DNA of 64,000 bases from an uncultured bacterium (lineage in GTDB: Bacteria > Vulcanimicrobiota > CADAWZ01), in the NCBI GenBank assembly GCA_902790465.1, contig CADASF010000008.1, forward strand, positions 981 to 64,980. The letters run 5' to 3'. The translations under genes and the position numbers were made by a program. This document shows, one piece after another, positions 39,305 to 48,304 of the stretch; position 1 is the first letter of the stretch, and each line of letters opens with the position of its first letter. Below the pieces are notes generated by a model. It saw only the letters and a list, made by a program, of their open reading frames with translations. It did no database searches and was not told the DNA's origin.

Positions 39305-40843
39305 ATGTCGTCAAAAAATATATGTAATGATAAAAGTGAAGTAGATGATAAAATATCTGCTCTATTTACAAATGCAGCAGCAGTCAGAGCTGTTGCAGAA
39401 GCTGTAGAAAATACACTTGGTCCAAAAGGTCTTGATACAATGCTTGTTGACCAAGCAGGAAATATAATAGTTACAAATGCAGGAGTTACAATACTTGACA
39501 GCATGGAAGTAACACACCCTGCAGCTCGAATGTTAATAAATATAGCAAGAAATCAATACAGGCAATCTGGAGATGGTACAACAACCGCAACGGTAATAGC
39601 TGCTGCATTGATAAATGAAGGGCTTAATTATGTAATAAGAGGAGTTCCTGTAGGAAAAATAATAAAAGGGATAGATATTGGAATATCTGAAGCATTAAAG
39701 CAGATAGATAAAAAAAGAATTGAATTGACAGGAACAGACGATCCACTTTTAAAATGTGCTGTTTTCACAGCAGGAAGAGAAAATGAAGAAATAACAAATT
39801 CAATAACATCTCTCGCAAATTCGATAGGTATAGAGATGTTAAAAAATAGAAATTTTAAATTATCTGATCACATATTCTGTCAAACAGGCATGAACTCTGA
39901 AGTGATAGAAGGTCTTGCAATCAAAAAAAGACGAATAAACGAACAAATGCCTGAAATATGCAAAAATGCAAAAATTCTTGTAATAGATGATTCACTGATA
40001 CCAGAAGAAATAACTGATTCTGCAATGAAAACAGAATCAGGATTTAACGCCTATACAGAATATAGAAGGACTTTTAACAAAAATTTACAAAAAATATTAT
40101 CACTTGATATAAAAGTTGTAATAACCTCAAAAACATTAGATAGATATGCTGAAGAAGTATTTACTTCAAATTCAATAATGGCTTTTAGCAGAGTTTATGG
40201 AAAAAATCTAAGAGACATAATTGAATTCAGTGGAGCAACTCCTGTCAGAAGGACTATTCTTGAAAAATCTATTGATGAAATAGAAAATTATTTGGGATAT
40301 GCTGAAGAAATATCAGAAAATATTGAATATGGTCATGTTTATTTTAAAGGTGGAAAAGGCAAACCTATTTCAACATATATAGTAGGAGCTCCTTCTGAAG
40401 AAATATCTGGAGAAAAAGAGAGAATAGCAAGAGATGCAGCTTCGTCACTACAATCATCATTGAGAAATGGAGTTGTAGCAGGCGGTGGAGCATTAGAGAT
40501 AAGTCTTATTCCCTATTTAAGAGATAAAAGAGATGAGACAGGTGATTTATTTGGATATGGAATAGATTGTGTTATAGAAGCATTAAAACGCCCAATGTCT
40601 CAGATAGTTTCAAATGCAGGATTCAATTCCTTGGAAAAAATTGAACAAGTGCTTGCAATGCAGAAAAAAAATCAAGGAGACTGGGGAATTGAATGTGATA
40701 ATGGCGAAATAAAAGACATGAAAAAAGAGGGAATAATAGATCCTGCCGAAGTTAAAATGAATGCACTAAAAGCTGCAGGAGAAATAGCAAGAGCAATTTT
40801 AAAAATAAATACAATAATAAAAATGAGACCCATTACGGAGTGA
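39305..40843 (+). CDS. Archaeal-type (group II/III, thermosome/TCP-1 family) chaperonin
   Basis: GPKGLDTMLVD, TNAGVTILDSMEVTHPAARML, GDGTTTATVIAAAL and VAGGGALEISL are group II signatures, not GroEL ones. Confidence 0.8.
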   Translation: MSSKNICNDKSEVDDKISALFTNAAAVRAVAEAVENTLGPKGLDTMLVDQAGNIIVTNAGVTILDSMEVTHPAARMLINIARNQYRQSGDGTTTATVIAAALINEGLNYVIRGVPVGKIIKGIDIGISEALKQIDKKRIELTGTDDPLLKCAVFTAGRENEEITNSITSLANSIGIEMLKNRNFKLSDHIFCQTGMNSEVIEGLAIKKRRINEQMPEICKNAKILVIDDSLIPEEITDSAMKTESGFNAYTEYRRTFNKNLQKILSLDIKVVITSKTLDRYAEEVFTSNSIMAFSRVYGKNLRDIIEFSGATPVRRTILEKSIDEIENYLGYAEEISENIEYGHVYFKGGKGKPISTYIVGAPSEEISGEKERIARDAASSLQSSLRNGVVAGGGALEISLIPYLRDKRDETGDLFGYGIDCVIEALKRPMSQIVSNAGFNSLEKIEQVLAMQKKNQGDWGIECDNGEIKDMKKEGIIDPAEVKMNALKAAGEIARAILKINTIIKMRPITE

Positions 40844-40912
40844 AGGATTTTGCCTTCTAATATGTAAATTATATAAAAAAATGATTTAAAGGAAGGGTTA
40901 CTTTTTAGAGAT

Positions 40913-41920
40913 ATGGCTACAGCAAGTGGAAATTGCTTCTATGACTTAGAAGCTCGTTTATCTAATAAAGAAATGCGTGCAAAAAGACTTGCACGGCTCA
41001 AATCACAAAATTTCGGCACTGATACCAAAGCACAGACATCAGTTAAAACCGAACATACTGAAAGCTCCGATTTTGTAAAAAACGAAGAGCCTATTCAAGA
41101 AGAAGTTATAACAAGGGTTAATCCAAAAATTACAGAAGAGCCTTCTGCAGTAAATCCTAAAGTAACTCCTCAAGAAAATTCAGTAGAATCAAATACAGAA
41201 GATTCTGCAAGAGTTTCAAGAGAACTTGCAGAATTAAAACATTTGGTCAATGAAATTCCATCACTTGAATTTTTAAAAGAGAGAATGGCAACTCTTTCAC
41301 CTTCAAAAGTTACAATGTCTGGATTGTTGGGATTTTATAGGATAATTGTAAATACACTAAAAACATCTGGAACTGCTCCACAAGTCAACAAAAAGACAGA
41401 GACGAGAAAAATAATAGAGATGGAAGCTATAATCTCTAATAAAGAAAAAGAAGCCTTTCTATATAGAGAGCAATTAAACAAAGCAGAAAAACAAGTTACA
41501 GAAGCTGAAAATAGATGCGACAAACTCAAAATGGACTTTGAGAACTACAAAGGAAGAACTCAACAAGATGTCAAACTAAAAACAGAAAAAGCTGTTTCGG
41601 ATATTTTCAAAAAGATATTGCCAATAATTGACAATTTTGAGAGAGCTTTCAATGCATCAAAAACAAGTAATGATAAAGAGTCGTTTTCAAAAGGTGTAGA
41701 GATGATTTTAGCTCAATTCGAAAACACTCTAAAAGGATTTGGAATAACAAAAATGAATCCATTGTTAAAACCTTTTGATCCAAATGTTCACGAAGCATTG
41801 ATGACAGAAGTAAACAACGCTCATCCAGACGACACAGTAATAGAAGTATTGAGCAATGGCTATTTATTCAATAACAAACTTCTCAGACCTGCATCAGTAA
41901 AAGTATCAAAAAGACAATAA
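40913..41920 (+). CDS. grpE: Nucleotide exchange factor GrpE with ~180-aa N-terminal extension
   Basis: C-terminal GrpE domain (NYKGRTQQD.., LPIIDNFERA, FDPNVHEALM, GYLFNNKLLRPASVKVS). Confidence 0.85.
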   Translation: MATASGNCFYDLEARLSNKEMRAKRLARLKSQNFGTDTKAQTSVKTEHTESSDFVKNEEPIQEEVITRVNPKITEEPSAVNPKVTPQENSVESNTEDSARVSRELAELKHLVNEIPSLEFLKERMATLSPSKVTMSGLLGFYRIIVNTLKTSGTAPQVNKKTETRKIIEMEAIISNKEKEAFLYREQLNKAEKQVTEAENRCDKLKMDFENYKGRTQQDVKLKTEKAVSDIFKKILPIIDNFERAFNASKTSNDKESFSKGVEMILAQFENTLKGFGITKMNPLLKPFDPNVHEALMTEVNNAHPDDTVIEVLSNGYLFNNKLLRPASVKVSKRQ

Positions 41921-41963
41921 TTAAATTTTAATTAATAATATAAAAAAGGCAAAGGAAAAAAAT

Positions 41964-43811
41964 ATGAACAAAGTATTAGGAATAGATTTGGGTACTACAA
42001 ATACAGTTGCATCTATCATGGAAGGTGGTCAACCAGTAGTTATCCCAAGTGCTGAAGGTGATTCATTGATCCCTTCTGTAGTTGGATTTTCAAAAACAGG
42101 TGAACGTCTAATCGGAGCAGCTGCAAAAAGACAGGCTATAAGTAACCCTGAAAGAACAATCAGTTCAATCAAAAGACACATGGGAACTGATTATAAAGTA
42201 ACTATTGATGGCAAAGAATATACTCCACAAGAAATAAGTGCAATGATTCTTCAAAAAGTCAAAGCAGATGCTGAAGTATATTTGGGCTACCCAATAGAAA
42301 AAGCAATCATCACAGTTCCTGCTTACTTCAATGATGGTGAAAGACAAGCAACAAAAGACGCAGGAACAATCGCTGGTCTCGAAGTTTTGAGAATTATAAA
42401 CGAACCTACAGCATCTTCAATGGCTTATGGTCAAGATAAAATAGATAAATCAGAAAAAATCCTTGTATGGGATTTAGGTGGTGGAACATTTGATGTATCT
42501 ATCATTCAAATCGGAGACGGAATCTTCGAAGTAAATGCAACAGCTGGTGATATGAGATTAGGTGGAGATGACTGGGATCAGAGAATAATGGACTGGCTCA
42601 TCGAAGAATTTAAGAAATCAAATAACATAGACCTTAGAACAGACCGTGTTGCTATGCAGAGACTTAAAGAAGCTGCAGAACAGGCAAAAATAATTCTCTC
42701 TTCAGATACATCAACAAAGATAAATCTTCCTTTTATCGCAGCAGATGCAACTGGTCCAAAACATCTTGATTTGGAATTGACAAGACAAAAATTCCAAGAG
42801 ATGACAGCAGACCTTGTTGACAAATGTAAAGAATCTGTTGATAAAGCCCTCAAAGATTCAGGTCTTTCAATAAGCCAAATAGCAAAAGTTCTTCTTGTTG
42901 GTGGTTCAACAAGAATGCCTGCAGTTCAAGATAAAGCAAGAAAGATTTTTGGAAAAGAACCAAGTAAAGAAATCGACCCTGATAAGGTCGTTGCAATGGG
43001 TGCTGCAATCCAAGGCGGTGTCCTTTCAGGTGATGTTAAAGACATGGTTCTCCTCGATGTTACAAGTTTGTCACTTGGTATCGAAACAGTAGGTGGAGTA
43101 TTCACAAAACTAATTGAAAGAAATACTCAAATTCCTTGTTCAAAATCAAGAATGTTCACAACTGCAACAGATGGTCAGACAACAGTTGAAGTCCATGTTC
43201 TCCAAGGTGAAAGAGACTTGGCAGCAAACAACAAATCACTTGGTAGATTCGAGCTTAGAAATATTCCTCCAGCATTGAGAGGTATTCCACAGATCGAAGT
43301 TATGTTTGAAATCGACGCAAATGGTATTGTTAATGTATCTGCCAAAGATATGGCTACAGGAAACAAGCAGAAGATTACAATTCAGTCTCCAACAAACTTG
43401 ACAAACGACGAAATCAACCAAATGGTCAAAGAAGCTGCTGTATATGCAGAGGCAGACGCAAAACGCAGAGAAGAAACTCAGACAAGAAACAAAGGAAATG
43501 TCGAGCTTGATACTGCTGAAAGAACATTGAGAGAACTCGCAGAACAGATGACTCTTGATGAACAAAAAGCAATAAGAGCTGCTGCTGATCAACTTAGATC
43601 TGCACTACAGACCTATGACAATGACAAAATCAGAACTTGTACAAAAGCATTGCAAGAACAGATGTACAGAGTTACAACAAATGTCTATATCAATGTTGAT
43701 GGTAGTAAACTTGACAAGACAATGGAAACAAATCCAGATGGCGAGCCACAGGTAAGTGTTTCAGGAGATGAGCCTTCAGAAGACGATCTCTTCGGTTGGT
43801 TCCAACAATAA
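41964..43811 (+). CDS. dnaK: Molecular chaperone DnaK (Hsp70)
   Basis: [19 protein letters not shown], and VGGSTRMP. Confidence 0.97.
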   Translation: MNKVLGIDLGTTNTVASIMEGGQPVVIPSAEGDSLIPSVVGFSKTGERLIGAAAKRQAISNPERTISSIKRHMGTDYKVTIDGKEYTPQEISAMILQKVKADAEVYLGYPIEKAIITVPAYFNDGERQATKDAGTIAGLEVLRIINEPTASSMAYGQDKIDKSEKILVWDLGGGTFDVSIIQIGDGIFEVNATAGDMRLGGDDWDQRIMDWLIEEFKKSNNIDLRTDRVAMQRLKEAAEQAKIILSSDTSTKINLPFIAADATGPKHLDLELTRQKFQEMTADLVDKCKESVDKALKDSGLSISQIAKVLLVGGSTRMPAVQDKARKIFGKEPSKEIDPDKVVAMGAAIQGGVLSGDVKDMVLLDVTSLSLGIETVGGVFTKLIERNTQIPCSKSRMFTTATDGQTTVEVHVLQGERDLAANNKSLGRFELRNIPPALRGIPQIEVMFEIDANGIVNVSAKDMATGNKQKITIQSPTNLTNDEINQMVKEAAVYAEADAKRREETQTRNKGNVELDTAERTLRELAEQMTLDEQKAIRAAADQLRSALQTYDNDKIRTCTKALQEQMYRVTTNVYINVDGSKLDKTMETNPDGEPQVSVSGDEPSEDDLFGWFQQ

Positions 43812-43917
43812 CATATTTTAAAATACAGTATTTGTGAACTATAAGGAGAGCTGAGGCAAAATATCTATATATAAAAGCCACAGCTCTTTCCGTTTTATGT
43901 AGTAAAGGGAAAAGACA

Positions 43918-45072
43918 ATGGCTGACAGTAAACAGGATTATTATGAGGTACTTGGAGTAGATAAAAATGCTACTCAAGATGAAATAAAATCGGCATATAG
44001 AAAATTATGTAGAATTTATCACCCAGATGTCGCAGAAGACAAAAAAGAGGCAGAAGTAAAATTCAAAGAAATAAATGAAGCATATTCTGTTTTAGGTGAT
44101 GAAGAAAAGAGGCACAATTACGACCAATTTGGACCAGAAGGTGCAAGTATGGGAGATATGAGCGACTTCATGGGAGGAGATTTTGGCTTTGGAGGCATGG
44201 GAGGTCTTGGCTCCATATTCGACATGTTCGGATTTGGTGCAGGAGCATATAATTCCCGTCCAGATAGAAATGCTCCTGTAAGAGGCAGAGATATGAGATA
44301 TGATCTCGAGCTCACTCTTGAAGAAGCATTTTCAGGTTGTAAAAAAGACATCGAAGTTGAAACTCTCGTAACTTGTGGAGCATGTAAAGGAACAAAAGCT
44401 AAAAAAGGAACTTCTCCCAAAGTTTGTGGTGCTTGCGGTGGAACAGGTCAAGTAACAAAAGTTACAAAAAGTCCATTCGGTCAAATAATGACACAAGCTC
44501 CTTGTTCAAAATGTAAAGGTCAAGGTGTCAAAATTGATGAATACTGTGAAACCTGCCATGGTACAGGAAGAATGTCAAAAACAAAAACTTTGACAATAGA
44601 TATACCTGCAGGAGTTGATACAGGTTCAAAAATAAGACTTGCAGGAGAAGGAGAAGGTGGCACAAATGGCGGAGATAGTGGCGATCTGTATGTAGTCATA
44701 TTTATAAAAGAGCATGAAATTTTCCAAAGATCACGCAAAGACCTCTTTAGAGTTGAGCAAATAGATTTTCCACAGGCAGCACTTGGTGCCGAATTGACAA
44801 TCGGAACTATAGATGGAGAAGCCAAATTAAAAATTCCAGCAGGAACACAATGTGATACAGTATTTAAGATAAAAGGAAAAGGTATGCCTGCTGTAAATGG
44901 AAGTAGCAGAGGAGATCTTTATGTAAAGGTTTGGGTTATGATACCTAAAAAATTAAATGACAAGCAGAAAAAAGCACTAAAGGAATTTGCCGATGCCTCT
45001 GGAAAAGACAACAAAGAAAAAGACAAGACATTTTTACAAAAACTAAAAAAAGCATTCACAGGAAAAGATTAA
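43918..45072 (+). CDS. dnaJ: Molecular chaperone DnaJ
   Basis: J-domain with HPD (YHPDV), a G/F region, and four CxxCxGxG repeats. Confidence 0.95.
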   Translation: MADSKQDYYEVLGVDKNATQDEIKSAYRKLCRIYHPDVAEDKKEAEVKFKEINEAYSVLGDEEKRHNYDQFGPEGASMGDMSDFMGGDFGFGGMGGLGSIFDMFGFGAGAYNSRPDRNAPVRGRDMRYDLELTLEEAFSGCKKDIEVETLVTCGACKGTKAKKGTSPKVCGACGGTGQVTKVTKSPFGQIMTQAPCSKCKGQGVKIDEYCETCHGTGRMSKTKTLTIDIPAGVDTGSKIRLAGEGEGGTNGGDSGDLYVVIFIKEHEIFQRSRKDLFRVEQIDFPQAALGAELTIGTIDGEAKLKIPAGTQCDTVFKIKGKGMPAVNGSSRGDLYVKVWVMIPKKLNDKQKKALKEFADASGKDNKEKDKTFLQKLKKAFTGKD

Positions 45073-45075
45073 ACT

Positions 45076-46428
45076 ATGGAAAACAAAGCTGTTGAAATAT
45101 GCAATTTAGGTGTTGAAGAATATAATAATGGGAATATTCAAAAAGCTATTGAATTATTCGATGAAGCTGAAAAATTAAATCCAAAATGTTTGGAAGCTAT
45201 TTTGAATAAGTCGTCACTATTCCTAAAAGAAAAAAAATATGATCGTGCATTGGAAGAAGCAGAAAAAGCACTAAATATAAATGTTCGCTCATACAAAGCA
45301 CTCTGTGCAAAGGCTGAGGCTTTACTTGCGACAAAAGATTATAAAAAGGCTGAAAAATATGCAGATTTAGCTTTAAAACATTCATTGAGAGAAGTAAGAC
45401 CAATGATGATTAAAGCAAATGTCTCAAATGCTATTGGCAAAAAATCTGAAGCAGAAAAATATTATAATCTCATATTAAAAAAAGAGGCTAATAATATTGA
45501 AGCAATAAGAAATTTGCGTTCTCTCATTCTTTCTGAGAATAGATATTCAGAAGCAGAAAAACATGCAAGAAAGGCTATTGAAATCAGTAATGACAAAGAT
45601 GACAAAATAGCTCTTATATATATTCTTGACAATATAAATAAAAACGATGCTTTTGAATATTGTAAAGAACAGGAAAAAGAACTTATTGATTCTCAATATT
45701 TCTGTCTTCTATATGCTAAATTATCTGAAGATTTAAACAAAATAGAAAAAGCTGTTGAATTATATAAAAAAATAGATTCTGATGAATCTAAAATAAAAGT
45801 AGAAATATTGTCAAATTCAGAAAATATAGAAAATCTTATAAAACTTATTGATAAATATCAAAATAATAATGATATTTACAAATACGCTTTTAAAAAGGCT
45901 ATTGAACTTAAAGATACAGAAAAAATAACAAAAATCACAGATAAATTAATTGAAAGTGATATAATAAAAATAGATAAAAATATTTCAATATCTTTTGGGG
46001 CAATGCTTTTGACAAACAGATTTTTTGAATGTGCAAAAAAAATACTTGAGAATGAAGAGCTTAAAAATATTGAATCTTCCCTATTCCTTCAAACAATAGT
46101 ATATATACAAGAAAACAATCCTATTGAAGGAGAAAAAAGAATAAGAGAAGCACTAAAACTAAATCCTCAAAATACGGCATATATTGAATATCTGATATTA
46201 TTCTTATATGAAAATAAAAAATATGAAGAATTTATTGAGCAAACTAAGAATATTTTCAAAATATTAGATGGAGAAAATATATCTGAAGAACACAAAATCA
46301 CAATAGCACAAAATATGATTTTGGTTAAAAAATTTAGTGAAGCTCTTGAAGTTTTGAATAGCATAACAACAGAAAATGAAAATGTCAAAAAAATGAAAGA
46401 ACAATGTTTGGAAAAAACTGGAAAATAA
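45076..46428 (+). CDS. Tetratricopeptide repeat protein
   Basis: Repeated A..YNLG/A..AL..A helical-pair pattern through 450 aa. Confidence 0.65.
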   Translation: MENKAVEICNLGVEEYNNGNIQKAIELFDEAEKLNPKCLEAILNKSSLFLKEKKYDRALEEAEKALNINVRSYKALCAKAEALLATKDYKKAEKYADLALKHSLREVRPMMIKANVSNAIGKKSEAEKYYNLILKKEANNIEAIRNLRSLILSENRYSEAEKHARKAIEISNDKDDKIALIYILDNINKNDAFEYCKEQEKELIDSQYFCLLYAKLSEDLNKIEKAVELYKKIDSDESKIKVEILSNSENIENLIKLIDKYQNNNDIYKYAFKKAIELKDTEKITKITDKLIESDIIKIDKNISISFGAMLLTNRFFECAKKILENEELKNIESSLFLQTIVYIQENNPIEGEKRIREALKLNPQNTAYIEYLILFLYENKKYEEFIEQTKNIFKILDGENISEEHKITIAQNMILVKKFSEALEVLNSITTENENVKKMKEQCLEKTGK

Positions 46429-46429
46429 C

Positions 46430-46488
46430 GGAAATCAATTTTTGTTATTAATTTTGAAAATTATTATGAACTAAAAAAATTGATTTCC
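46430..46488. mobile_element. MITE-like element, family 1, short 59-bp derivative
   Basis: GGAAATCAATTTTTGTTATTAATTTTGAAAATTATTATGAACTAAAAAAATTGATTTCC. It starts 2 nt after the TPR gene stop. Confidence 0.6.
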
Positions 46489-46512
46489 GTGTGAATTGGG
46501 GACTTACAATCA

Positions 46513-46552
46513 ATCGAGATTTTGACAATAAGTCAAAACCTCGATTTTTTTT
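46513..46552 (+). terminator. Intrinsic terminator
   Basis: ATCGAGATTTTGAC-AATAA-GTCAAAACCTCGAT followed by a T8 run. Confidence 0.75.
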
Positions 46553-46565
46553 ATATTTTTTAAAA

Positions 46566-46582
46566 ATGACAGATTATGTCAT
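46566..46582. promoter_or_regulatory. Palindromic operator-like site ATGACA-N5-TGTCAT (copy 1) next to TGaTATAAT extended -10
   Basis: ATGACAGATTATGTCAT lies immediately upstream of TTGATATAAT, in front of 46660-47034. Confidence 0.5.
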
Positions 46583-46659
46583 TGTAATTTGATATAATAA
46601 ATATAGAAGGAAAAATATTATTTTTAATAAAATTTTTAAATCTGAAAGGGGAAAATGAA

Positions 46660-47034
46660 ATGTTAGCTTATGATATAACTTTACTTTTAAATCTATTATT
46701 TGTGTTAATGCTTTTCAGTGATTTTATAAATTTAAAACGAAATAATTATTTTAATAATGAAGATAATATAAATATTAATGAAGATGAAGAATTAACTAAA
46801 CCTGAAAAGTTTTATAGAGATTTGGAATGCTATTTAGAAGAAATTAAACCTAAAAAACCTGATGAAAATAGTACTCTTGAAGAATTTAAAGCATGGAATG
46901 ATTGGATTCTAAAACAATGCGAACAAGAAGAATATAAAAACCTTTACTCAGCATGGAAATATCATTTAAAAGATTCTGGAGTTAAATGGGAAGATATGTT
47001 AGAAGATTATAAACGAAAATATAAAAATAAATAA
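46660..47034 (+). CDS. Small N-terminally anchored membrane protein, paralog A (124 aa)
   Basis: Roughly three-quarters identical (by eye) to 53809-54186. It has one N-terminal TM and then a charged W/K/E-rich domain with 2 Cys. Confidence 0.6.
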   Translation: MLAYDITLLLNLLFVLMLFSDFINLKRNNYFNNEDNININEDEELTKPEKFYRDLECYLEEIKPKKPDENSTLEEFKAWNDWILKQCEQEEYKNLYSAWKYHLKDSGVKWEDMLEDYKRKYKNK

Positions 47035-47156
47035 ATCGGTAAAGTTTAATTTTATTGTCGAATGAGAATAACACGATTTTTAAACATTTTCACTTGAATT
47101 TTTGTTATTTATAATATAAAATAATAATATGAATATTTATTAAAAAGGAGGTTGTT

Positions 47157-47657
47157 ATGGATACAATTATTGATACTGCTTCATATATTATCAAAAAATA
47201 CAGAGAAATAACTGGTGAAAATCTTGATAAGATGAAGCTCCATAAATTGTTATATTTTACCCAAAGAGAAGCATTTGCAATAACAGGACAACCTGCTTTT
47301 GAAGGTATCTTAGAAGGTTGGAAATATGGACCAGTAAGTCCTGAAGTTAATAAAATTTATAATAGAAAAAAATTTTCAGTAAAAACGAAAGATATTTCAG
47401 ATAAACTTAAATATATAATTAACAATGTGATTCTTGAATATGGTTCTCTTGCTTCTTGGAAATTAAGCGAAATTTCACATAAAGAAACTTCTTGGTTAAA
47501 TTCAAGACAAGGATTAAAAAATACAGAAAATGGCAGTAATCCCTTAAAACTAAGTGATATAAGAGAAGATGCAAAAAAAATTCGTCCATATGATCATGTT
47601 TGGGATATGTATTATGACGAATTTGAAGATTACGATGATCAGGAGAAAAAATCTTGA
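47157..47657 (+). CDS. Panacea-domain (DUF4065, SocA/PanA-like) antitoxin
   Basis: KMKLHKLLYFTQREAFAITGQPAFEGILEGWKYGPVSPEV matches the DUF4065 core (L.KLLY..Q......G.PLF...F.AW..GPV.P.VY). SD is AAGGAGG. Confidence 0.7.
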   Translation: MDTIIDTASYIIKKYREITGENLDKMKLHKLLYFTQREAFAITGQPAFEGILEGWKYGPVSPEVNKIYNRKKFSVKTKDISDKLKYIINNVILEYGSLASWKLSEISHKETSWLNSRQGLKNTENGSNPLKLSDIREDAKKIRPYDHVWDMYYDEFEDYDDQEKKS

Positions 47658-48028
47658 TTGGTGAAATAAGAAAAATTATTACTTCATTTTATGATCTTAA
47701 AAATAATAAGATGTCATTTAAATCAAGACCTGCGTTAATAATAGCAAAAGCAGATAAAAAAGATTATGTTGTTTTACCTATATCTACTATAACAAGAAAA
47801 GATAATCTTGTTTTAGAATACGACATTGAAATAGAACCTACAAAATATCCTAAACTAAATTTACAAAAAATATCTTATGTGAGAACACATAAACAAACGA
47901 TAATACATAGTGCCGAAATTGGAGATTTTATAGGCGATATGAAAAATAATTATGAAGAATTATTTTTAGAGATACTGGAAAAAAGAGAAAAATTTAGTAA
48001 GTCAATAACGAATCAAGCATTGGAGTGA
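47654..48028 (+). CDS. MazF/PemK-like toxin (124 aa)
   Basis: KSRPALIIAK..DYVVLPISTIT..SYVRTHKQTIIHSAEI..IGDM follows the PemK/MazF pattern. Its TTG start overlaps the upstream stop (TTGA). Confidence 0.6.
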   Translation: MIGEIRKIITSFYDLKNNKMSFKSRPALIIAKADKKDYVVLPISTITRKDNLVLEYDIEIEPTKYPKLNLQKISYVRTHKQTIIHSAEIGDFIGDMKNNYEELFLEILEKREKFSKSITNQALE

Positions 48029-48037
48029 ATTTAAAGG

Positions 48038-48184
48038 AAAAGAAGGATAAAACTAATATCAATAGAATAGTTAAATTATAATTCACAAAGCGATCGCTTT
48101 GTGAAGCACATATTCTCTGTTTAGGGAAAACTAAGTATTAGTCATTAAAGGGCGGACGCCAATAAAAGGCGTCCGCCCTTTTTT
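48038..48184 (+). repeat. ~145-bp conserved 3' element with two hairpins (copy 1)
   Basis: Near-identical to 54228-54370. It contains the 24-nt perfect palindrome TTCACAAAGCGATCGCTTTGTGAA and the terminator AAGGGCGGACGCC-AATAAAA-GGCGTCCGCCCTTTT. Confidence 0.85.
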
Positions 48185-48222
48185 CAAGTTTTAACTCAAA
48201 ATTAATTTTAAACAATTCAACT

Positions 48223-48276
48223 GGGGCTGTGAAAAAAATAAAATACGAAAATTATATAAAAAATACTTTTTTCACA
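48223..48276. mobile_element. MITE-like element, family 2, short copy
   Basis: GGGGCTGTGAAAAAAA..TTTTTTCACAG inverted termini. Confidence 0.5.
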
Positions 48277-48304
48277 GTTTCAAAAAAAACATAGGGAGGT
48301 TTTT

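Noticed and set aside
34526-41963. CIRCE operator (TTAGCACTC-N9-GAGTGCTAA) for HrcA.
   Set aside because: I did not find one by eye in any intergenic region of the heat-shock cluster. The only TTAGCAC-like string (about 1023-1031) lacks the inverted partner. The absence is reported as an observation, not a feature, and needs a computational scan.
48089-48100. GCGATCGC (the cyanobacterial HIP1 palindrome) as a taxonomic marker.
   Set aside because: I saw it only inside the two copies of the 145-bp element. That is far too few to indicate HIP1 enrichment or cyanobacterial or related ancestry.
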